Positions 57,883 to 64,000 of a stretch of 64,000 nucleotides of DNA are shown piece by piece; the first letter of the stretch is position 1; the number at the start of each line of letters is the position of its first letter. The notes under the pieces are model-generated. The model saw only the letters and a list, made by a program, of their open reading frames with translations, did no database searches and was not told where the DNA came from. Source of the stretch: an uncultured Dehalococcoidia bacterium (GTDB lineage Bacteria; Chloroflexota; Dehalococcoidia; Lucifugimonadales; GCA-2712585); the NCBI GenBank assembly GCA_964418665.1, contig CAYQLZ010000002.1, positions 33,615-97,614 of the forward strand. Direction: 5' to 3'. Both the position numbers and the translations under genes were made by a program.

Positions 57883-58444
57883 TTCAGGCTCCATGCAAGA
57901 CTTCATCCGCGCCCTTCTTTCGTCTGAGCGGCCCGATCCCTTCGAGCTACTGACCCGCATACCCATCGACCCCTACCACCACGTGGCCGACGTGGGCTGT
58001 GGTCCCGGCTATTTTTCCCTGCCGCTGGCCAAGTATCTTTCCCACGGCCGCCTCTACGCCGTCGACGTGGACGATGAAATGCTGGACGCCCTCAAACGTC
58101 GCGTCGACGCCGTCCCTCTCGGCAACGTGGAGGCAATCAAGTCCGACGGCGTGGATCTGGGCCTCACCACCAGCTCGCTGGATGGGATGCTTCTGGCCTA
58201 CGTGGTCCACCACCCGGACGACCGCGCCGCCTTCCTGAAGACCGCAGTTGAAGCCCTCAAGCCCGCCGGGTGGTGCTGCATCCTCGAATGGCATCGAGTC
58301 GAGACGGAGCACGGCCCGCCCCTGGAAAACCGAATTGACCTGGAAGAGATGGTAGATTTGGCCAGGAAGGCCGGACTATCTTTGCAGCGGCGGTGGGAAT
58401 TGCCCGGCTCCCAGTACATGCTCCTGCTGAAGAGGCGGCCGTGA
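57866..58444 (+). CDS. class I SAM-dependent methyltransferase
   Basis: VADVGCGPGYFSLPLAK...LYAVDVD. An alternative ATG at 57893 avoids the overlap with mscS. Confidence 0.75.
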   Translation: MALASDSGSMQDFIRALLSSERPDPFELLTRIPIDPYHHVADVGCGPGYFSLPLAKYLSHGRLYAVDVDDEMLDALKRRVDAVPLGNVEAIKSDGVDLGLTTSSLDGMLLAYVVHHPDDRAAFLKTAVEALKPAGWCCILEWHRVETEHGPPLENRIDLEEMVDLARKAGLSLQRRWELPGSQYMLLLKRRP

Positions 58445-58450
58445 ATTTCC

Positions 58451-59236
58451 ATGCTGACTAAGCGCATCATCCCCTGCCTGGACGTTAAGGCGGGCCGTGT
58501 GGTAAAGGGCGTGAAGTTCCTGGACCACGTGGACGCCGGAGACCCCGTGGCTCTTGCCGCCTTCTACGACGCCGAGGGCGCCGACGAGCTGGTCTTCTAC
58601 GACATCACCGCCTCCGCCGAGGGTCGAAGCATCATGCTGAACGTGGTCTCCCGCACCGCCGACCAGGTCTTCATTCCCCTAACGGTCGGCGGGGGGCTCC
58701 GCACCGTTGAGGACATGCGCCTCATGCTGAAGGCGGGCGCAGACAAGGTCTCCATCAACACCGCTGCCGTGGAGAACCCCCGCCTGATCTCCGACGGCGC
58801 ATGGGCATTCGGAAGCCAGTGCATAGTCCTGGGCCTGGACGCCCTTCGTGTCCCCGGAAGCTCCCCTCCACGCTGGAAAGTCCGCGTCCGTACCGGCCAC
58901 GACGGCGGGGACGACGCGGGCCTGGACGCCATCGAGTGGGCCGTCCGCGCCACCGAGCTGGGCGCCGGCGAAATCGTCGTCAACAGCATGGACAGCGACG
59001 GCACACGAGGGGGCTACGACCTGGAACTCAACCGCGCCATCTCCCAGGCGGCCTCCGTGCCCGTCGTCGCCAGCGGCGGCGCCGGCACCCCGGGGCATCT
59101 CTACGACGCCATCCACGAGGGCAAGGCCGACGCGGTCCTTGCCGCCAGCATATTTCATTTCGGCGAGTACTCCATCGCTCACGTCAAGGAGTACTTGGCC
59201 GAACGCGGTGTCCCCATACGACCGGTTACTACGTGA
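58451..59236 (+). CDS. hisF: imidazole glycerol phosphate synthase, cyclase subunit
   Basis: [22 protein letters not shown]...TVGGGLR...NSMDSDGT. Confidence 0.95.
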   Translation: MLTKRIIPCLDVKAGRVVKGVKFLDHVDAGDPVALAAFYDAEGADELVFYDITASAEGRSIMLNVVSRTADQVFIPLTVGGGLRTVEDMRLMLKAGADKVSINTAAVENPRLISDGAWAFGSQCIVLGLDALRVPGSSPPRWKVRVRTGHDGGDDAGLDAIEWAVRATELGAGEIVVNSMDSDGTRGGYDLELNRAISQAASVPVVASGGAGTPGHLYDAIHEGKADAVLAASIFHFGEYSIAHVKEYLAERGVPIRPVTT

Positions 59237-59260
59237 TACTTCTGACGTAAGGAGAGCATA

Positions 59261-59977
59261 TTGGCCAAGATAAAGGCCGTCGTTTTCGACATGTATGAGA
59301 CCCTGGTCTCCAATCCCATTGAGGGCTGGATGGACGTTTTCGAGGGCGTCTGCCGCTCCCAGAATCTGCCCATCGATCACCACACCCTCTACGAGGAGTG
59401 GAAGGCCCTCGAAGTCCAGTTTCGAAAGGAGCGGCTGAACATGAAAGACCCCTACAACAGCCCGCCCTTTAAAAGCTACGAGGAGGCCTGGCGCGACTGC
59501 TTCGCCGCGGTCTTCGCCCATCGTGGCCTGGACGGCGACGCTTTCCTCGCCGGCAGGGAGTCCATCATCTCCATGGGGCGCCGAGACGCCTACCCCGAAG
59601 TCGCCGAAACCATTGCCACCCTGCAGAGTCGCTGGGCCACCGCCATCTTGTCCAACGCCGACGACGATTATCTGCTTCCCCAACTCCAGCGCATCAGCCT
59701 CACCTTTCCCGTCGTCCTCTCCTCGGAGACGGTTCGCGCCTACAAGCCCCACCCGCTCCCCTTCCTCCGCGTTCTGGAGGCCCTCAACGTTGAACCCCAG
59801 GAGGCAGTCTACGTGGGTGACAACCCCTTCGACGACGTTCTTGGCGCCAGGGGAGTGGGCATGAACGCCGTGTGGATCAACCGCGACGGCAAGAGCATAG
59901 AGAAAGGCCAACCCCAGCCTGATCACCAGATAACCAGCCTGGCCCAGCTTCCAGCAATACTGGAAAACTGGGCTTAG
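59261..59977 (+). CDS. HAD-superfamily hydrolase with haloacid-dehalogenase-type motif I (DxYxT)
   Basis: VVFDMYETLV (motif I), SNADDD, YKPHP, YVGDNPFDDVLGA (motif IV). Confidence 0.8.
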   Translation: MAKIKAVVFDMYETLVSNPIEGWMDVFEGVCRSQNLPIDHHTLYEEWKALEVQFRKERLNMKDPYNSPPFKSYEEAWRDCFAAVFAHRGLDGDAFLAGRESIISMGRRDAYPEVAETIATLQSRWATAILSNADDDYLLPQLQRISLTFPVVLSSETVRAYKPHPLPFLRVLEALNVEPQEAVYVGDNPFDDVLGARGVGMNAVWINRDGKSIEKGQPQPDHQITSLAQLPAILENWA

Positions 59978-60007
59978 AGATCCAATAACCCATTCGGAGG
60001 CAATCAA

Positions 60008-60634
60008 TTGACGCTCAAACTAGACAAGCAGGGGCTCATCCCCGCCATAGCCCAGGATATAAACACGGGCAAGGTGCTCATGCTCGGTTACATGAACCCC
60101 GGCTCCCTCAAGCGCACTGTCGACGGCGTCCAGGTCTGGTTCTACAGCCGTAGCCGGGAGGACCTGTGGCACAAGGGAGAGGTCTCCGGCAACTACCTGA
60201 ATCTGCGCGAGGCATGGGTGGACTGCGACGGCGATACCCTGCTGCTGAAGGTGGTCCCCGACGGTCCGGCCTGCCACACCCAAAACGAGTCGTGCTTCTT
60301 CACTCCTCTGGAAGGCGTGCCGGAACCGGCCGAATTCACCCGCTCCGATCCCGGCTCCGGCGTCCTGGACGAGCTATACGCCGTCATCCAGGACAGGAAG
60401 CAGCAAATGCCGGAAGGCAGCTACACCGCGAAGCTTCTCTCCGAAGGGATCGGCCGGGTGGCCCAGAAGGTCACTGAAGAGGCGGGTGAGACGGCCATTG
60501 CCGCCGCCCAGGGTAACGTGGAGAACCTGCCTGAAGAGGTCGCCGATCTGCTCTACCATACCCTCTTGCTGATGGCCGCCTCCGACGTGAAGCCCCAGCA
60601 GGTGTGGGACGTGCTCCAGAAACGACGGAGCTAG
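60008..60634 (+). CDS. hisI: bifunctional phosphoribosyl-AMP cyclohydrolase / phosphoribosyl-ATP pyrophosphatase
   Basis: TTG start. GLIPAIAQD...SRSREDLWHKGEVSGN...CDGDTLL, then the HisE part SYTAKLL...EEAGE. Confidence 0.9.
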   Translation: MTLKLDKQGLIPAIAQDINTGKVLMLGYMNPGSLKRTVDGVQVWFYSRSREDLWHKGEVSGNYLNLREAWVDCDGDTLLLKVVPDGPACHTQNESCFFTPLEGVPEPAEFTRSDPGSGVLDELYAVIQDRKQQMPEGSYTAKLLSEGIGRVAQKVTEEAGETAIAAAQGNVENLPEEVADLLYHTLLLMAASDVKPQQVWDVLQKRRS

Positions 60635-60643
60635 CCGGTTCCC

Positions 60644-61630
60644 CTATACTTCTTCCCTCTCCGATGGGGGAAGGTCAGGATTAGGAGACACCCCGTTACC
60701 GGCAACGCTTACACCCGTCGCTGGCTCTAACTGCCGTCCTTCGTCCGCTTCCAGCGCGGCGTTCATCGCTTCGATCGCCACTTCAATCTGGTCGTCGTCT
60801 GGCCGACGCGTCGTCAACCGTTGCAGCGCCATCCCGGGCGCCGACAGGATGGTGGAGATGGGGTTGCCCTGGCGCAGACCGGCGAACCGGATGACCTCGT
60901 AGCTGGCGCCCGCAATCACGGGAATCAGCAGAATCCGGGATAGAATCGCCCACTGGATGTCGGGCCGCCCCAGCAGGGAAAAGATGAATATGGCCACCAC
61001 CGCAACAGTGAGCAGAAACGCCGTACCGCAGCGGGGGTGGGCCGTCGAGAAGGGCCGGATGTTGTCCACCTTCAGCGGCAGCCCCCGTTCGTAGGCGTGG
61101 ATGGTCATGTGCTCCGCACCGTGATAGGCGAAAACTCGCTTGATGTCCTTCATCAATCCAATCAAAGCGATGTATCCAACTAGCAGACCCAGCCGTAGCA
61201 GCCCCTCCACCATGTTGCTGATAAAGTCGCCCAGCGCACCGGGGGCGATCCAGATGTCCAGCGAACGGGCGGCGAAGAGGGGCATCAGGAAGAAAATGCC
61301 GACGCCTATCAGCAGCGATAGCCCCAGCGAAAGGAACAGCACCCAGCCGCCAAGCTCCTTCTGCTCTCCCTCCGTCTGGTCCTCCACGGCGATGTTCGCC
61401 GACCGGCTCAGCACCTTCATCCCCAGCACCAGCGTCTCCGCCAGCACAACCACGCCGCGCAGCAGGGGGATGCTCCGCAGCTTGCCCGTGTAGAACGTAC
61501 TCAGGGGCTCGGCGGTGCTGTAGATGGACCCATCCAGGCGTCGCACCGCCAGGCTGAAGAACCGCTGACCGCGGATCATCACGCCTTCAATGACGGCCTG
61601 TCCGCCGTAAACGTGTCGCGGCTCAGCCAA
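60644..61630 (-). CDS. DUF1385-family membrane protein
   Basis: YGGQAVIEGVMIRG...YHGAEHM...HPRCGT motifs. The C-terminal tail is encoded by REP-like copy B. Confidence 0.85.
   Translation of the reverse strand: MAEPRHVYGGQAVIEGVMIRGQRFFSLAVRRLDGSIYSTAEPLSTFYTGKLRSIPLLRGVVVLAETLVLGMKVLSRSANIAVEDQTEGEQKELGGWVLFLSLGLSLLIGVGIFFLMPLFAARSLDIWIAPGALGDFISNMVEGLLRLGLLVGYIALIGLMKDIKRVFAYHGAEHMTIHAYERGLPLKVDNIRPFSTAHPRCGTAFLLTVAVVAIFIFSLLGRPDIQWAILSRILLIPVIAGASYEVIRFAGLRQGNPISTILSAPGMALQRLTTRRPDDDQIEVAIEAMNAALEADEGRQLEPATGVSVAGNGVSPNPDLPPSEREEV
60661..60710 (-). repeat. REP-like palindromic element, copy B (inside the 3' end of the DUF1385 gene)
   Basis: Hairpin cttccc-tctccgatgg-gggaag. The core 60671-60690 is identical to 46147-46166. 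Confidence 0.7.
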
Positions 61631-61692
61631 GGTCCAACTCGCGGTTAACCAAAGAGCGGGTACCGACTTGGGAAAGGGCCGGCAGCGTGAAG

Positions 61693-61899
61693 CTAGGCCT
61701 TGAGGCCAAACCGACGTCGGAGCCGCTCAACGCGACCCTCCGTGTCCACGATGCGCTGCTCGCCCGTGTAGAAGGGGTGGCATTTGTTGCAAAGCTCCAC
61801 CCTCAGCGTCCGCTTGGTGGCACCGGTGGTGAACACGTTCCCGCAGGAGCAGGTGACCACCGTGTCTCGGTAGAAGGTGGGGTGAATATCTTTCTTCAT
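61693..61899 (-). CDS. rpmE: 50S ribosomal protein L31
   Basis: [26 protein letters not shown]...[10 protein letters not shown]. Confidence 0.9.
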   Translation of the reverse strand: MKKDIHPTFYRDTVVTCSCGNVFTTGATKRTLRVELCNKCHPFYTGEQRIVDTEGRVERLRRRFGLKA

Positions 61900-61908
61900 C
61901 TGTTTGCC

Positions 61909-62172
61909 CTATGCAACTTCGAGGGGATAGACGCTGGCTCGGCGCTTGCCCTTGGAGGCCCATTCGAACTTGACGGCGCCGTCGATGAGGGAGAAGAGGG
62001 TGTGGTCCTTGCCCATTCCCACGTTGCGACCCGGCATAATCTTGGTGCCGCGCTGGCGCATGATGATGTTGCCGGCGATGACCCTTTCGCCGCCGAACTT
62101 CTTGACGCCCAAACGCTGGCCCGGGCTGTTCCGGCCGTTGCGGGAGCTTCCTCCCGCCTTCTTATGAGCCAT
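61909..62172 (-). CDS. rpmA: 50S ribosomal protein L27
   Basis: [28 protein letters not shown]. Confidence 0.95.
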   Translation of the reverse strand: MAHKKAGGSSRNGRNSPGQRLGVKKFGGERVIAGNIIMRQRGTKIMPGRNVGMGKDHTLFSLIDGAVKFEWASKGKRRASVYPLEVA

Positions 62173-62500
62173 CGGTATCCTCCTGGTACTGGGCTAATTC
62201 GACAATCTGCAGTCTCGTGTAGGGCTGACGGTGCCCCCGCATCCTTCGATAGCGAGTCTTAGACTTGTACTTGAACACCCGGATCTTCTTGTCCCGGTAC
62301 TGCTCCTGCACGTGGGCAATGACCTTTACGCCGTTGAGGAGGGGCCTGCCGATGCTGACTTCGCCGTCTTTGCTGAAGGCGAGCACCTCGTCAAGCTCAA
62401 TCTCCGCGCCGGGTTCCACGGCCAGCTTGTCCACGTCTATGACGTCGCCGGGCGAGACCCGGTACTGTTTGCCGCCAGTTTTGAAAATTGCGTATTCCAT
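62162..62500 (-). CDS. rplU: 50S ribosomal protein L21
   Basis: [26 protein letters not shown]. Confidence 0.95.
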   Translation of the reverse strand: MEYAIFKTGGKQYRVSPGDVIDVDKLAVEPGAEIELDEVLAFSKDGEVSIGRPLLNGVKVIAHVQEQYRDKKIRVFKYKSKTRYRRMRGHRQPYTRLQIVELAQYQEDTDGS

Positions 62501-62509
62501 AACCTATAA

Positions 62510-62539
62510 ATTTTATGTTGGGCAGCTTGCGGGTGTCAA
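62510..62539 (-). promoter_or_regulatory. promoter of rplU-rpmA-rpmE (TTGACA-18-TAAAAT)
   Basis: On the minus strand, TAAAAT is at 62510-62515 and TTGACA at 62534-62539. The ATG lies 9 nt after the -10, and no SD is present. Confidence 0.45.
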
Positions 62540-62627
62540 TGGCATGGGGGATGGATGTGCAAATGGTCAATGATATAGTCTGTGGGTAAGGGTGTCGCTC
62601 ATCTGGATCGGATAGACCATTCCCTGG

Positions 62628-63533
62628 ATGCCATGCTACGATTCAATCGCAAACAAACGAAAGAAATTGGAGGATGTCTTGGGCGTGAGGATAGTAAGCT
62701 GGAACATCGCGAAGATGCACGAGCCGTGGCGGCAGCTGCTGAACATGGACGTGGACGTTGCATTGCTTCAAGAGGCGGGAATGCCCCCTGAAGATGTTGC
62801 CGGCAAAGTGGACACCGGCCCGGCTGAACATTGGGACTCCCACCATTGGAATTCCCGCTGGTACGAAGGGCGTTTCAAGAATCTGCTAGAACGATGGCCA
62901 AAAGTGGTAAAACTGTCGGACCGCGTCGAAATCGAATGGTTCAAGCAGGTGAGTCCCATTAGCCAGGTGAACCAGGACGAGCTGGCCGTTAGCGGAATAG
63001 GCACCATCGCCGCTGCGCGGGTCCTCTCTCGTGAAGTCTCACCCTTCATAGTTGTGTCGATGTATGCTCGCTGGTTGTCTCCACACCCCTCCGTCGACAG
63101 CAACTGGATTATTTCTGATGCTTCCGCCCATCGCATAATCTCCGACCTTTCAATGTTTATTGGAAGGGAGAATGGTCACCGCATCCTGGCTTCTGGAGAC
63201 CTGAACCTTCTATATGGAACTGCTGAGGGCAGAAATGAATATTGGGCCCAGCGTTACGCAACGGTATTCGATCGAATGGAGACGATAGGGCTCCCACTCG
63301 TTGGCCCCCGCGCTCCACATGGACAGCAGGCAGACCCGTGGCCAAGTGAATTACCATCCGACAGCAGGAATGTTCCAACGTTCCGCTCAATACGCAATCC
63401 ACCGACTAGGCAATTGGACTTCGTCTTCGCTTCCAAGGAGATGGTGGATAACGTGCGAGTCAAAGCACTTAACGGACCAGAAGAATGGGGACCCAGCGAC
63501 CACTGTAGAGTTCTGATAGAAGTGATTGGATAG
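62628..63533 (+). CDS. endonuclease/exonuclease/phosphatase (EEP) family protein
   Basis: RIVSWNI...DVALLQE...SGDLN...GPSDHCRV. An alternative GTG start at 62685 has GGAGG upstream. GC looks lower than the flanks. Confidence 0.75.
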   Translation: MPCYDSIANKRKKLEDVLGVRIVSWNIAKMHEPWRQLLNMDVDVALLQEAGMPPEDVAGKVDTGPAEHWDSHHWNSRWYEGRFKNLLERWPKVVKLSDRVEIEWFKQVSPISQVNQDELAVSGIGTIAAARVLSREVSPFIVVSMYARWLSPHPSVDSNWIISDASAHRIISDLSMFIGRENGHRILASGDLNLLYGTAEGRNEYWAQRYATVFDRMETIGLPLVGPRAPHGQQADPWPSELPSDSRNVPTFRSIRNPPTRQLDFVFASKEMVDNVRVKALNGPEEWGPSDHCRVLIEVIG

Positions 63534-63572
63534 CTGGCTGGAGCCAACCCACCCCTCCAAGGAGCGCCCCCA

Positions 63573-64000
63573 ATGGAAATCGGCCAAACCCTCTACGTCA
63601 CCGAAAGAAAACCCTGGCGGGAGTGGCTGGCGGCCAATTTCGATACCGCCAGGGAAATCTGGCTCGTCTATCCCAACAAGGTCTCCGGCGAACCCCGCAT
63701 CCTCTACAACGACGCCGTCGAAGAAGCCCTCTGCTTTGGCTGGATTGATAGCATCATCAAGAAGCTCGACCCCCTCCGCGCCGTCCAGCGATTCACCCCC
63801 AGAAACCCCAAGAGCGGCTACTCCCAGCAGAACAAGGAGCGACTCCGCTGGCTCGCCGACCATGCCCAACTGCACCCCTCCGTCCTGGAATCTGTACAGG
63901 ATATCCTGACCGAAGAGTTCGTCTTCCCCCAGGACATCCTCGACGCCATCCGCGCCAACAAATCCGCCTGGAAGCGCTATCAGACCTTCTCACCTGCCTA
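63573..64000 (+). CDS. YdeI/OmpD-associated family protein; 3' end lies outside the window
   Basis: AAGGAG-8 nt-ATG 63573. WREWLAANFDTAREIWLVYPNK...NDAVEEALCFGWIDSIIKKLD...QRFTPRNPKSGYSQQN. The frame is open to the window end, so it is absent from the ORF track. Confidence 0.7.
   Translation, partial: MEIGQTLYVTERKPWREWLAANFDTAREIWLVYPNKVSGEPRILYNDAVEEALCFGWIDSIIKKLDPLRAVQRFTPRNPKSGYSQQNKERLRWLADHAQLHPSVLESVQDILTEEFVFPQDILDAIRANKSAWKRYQTFSPA

Overview
High-GC (about 60% by eye) bacterial chromosomal segment carrying roughly 75 protein-coding genes. I found no rRNA, tRNA or CRISPR array. The gene content points to a Chloroflexota-like organism, but that is inference only. It rests on split cofG/cofH plus cofD/cofC F420 biosynthesis genes next to an LLM-class oxidoreductase, Pro/Thr-rich linkers in secreted proteins, PaREP1 proteins, and several promoters placed directly against start codons.

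Most of the window is housekeeping:
- DNA repair and recombination: ruvB, ruvC-ruvA, uvrB, ftsK, a family-4 UDG.
- RNA and translation: RNase J, nusB, rsmG, rimI, and ribosomal proteins S16, L32, L31, L27, L21.
- Lipid synthesis: fabI, fabD, acpP.
- Histidine: hisF, hisIE.
- Central and acyl-CoA metabolism: citrate synthase, acetyl-CoA synthetase, a split methylmalonyl-CoA mutase with epimerase, three acyl-CoA dehydrogenases.
- Transport and Fe-S assembly: a heterodimeric ABC exporter, MscS, SufT-like and Mrp proteins.

Small accessory insertions with visibly lower GC are scattered between these: hicAB, an orphan higA beside gene fragments, a decayed RelE/antidote pair, a terminase-centred prophage remnant, and two uncharacterised two-gene cassettes.

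The most notable observations are:
1. A DsbA/FrnE-like gene (50751-51383) whose only internal stop is a TGA exactly at the first Cys of the CPWC motif. This makes it a candidate selenoprotein.
2. A coiled-coil plus nuclease-like membrane protein cassette (30273-31787).
3. A terminase-like cassette with no phage structural genes nearby (2369-4823).
4. A fabD whose conserved N-terminal motif lies upstream of any canonical start codon.
5. A REP-like hairpin family with a 20-nt identical core.
6. A recurring leaderless-type promoter architecture.

All calls come from reading translations and motifs. No database search, GC calculation or RNA folding was run, and start codons are best guesses.
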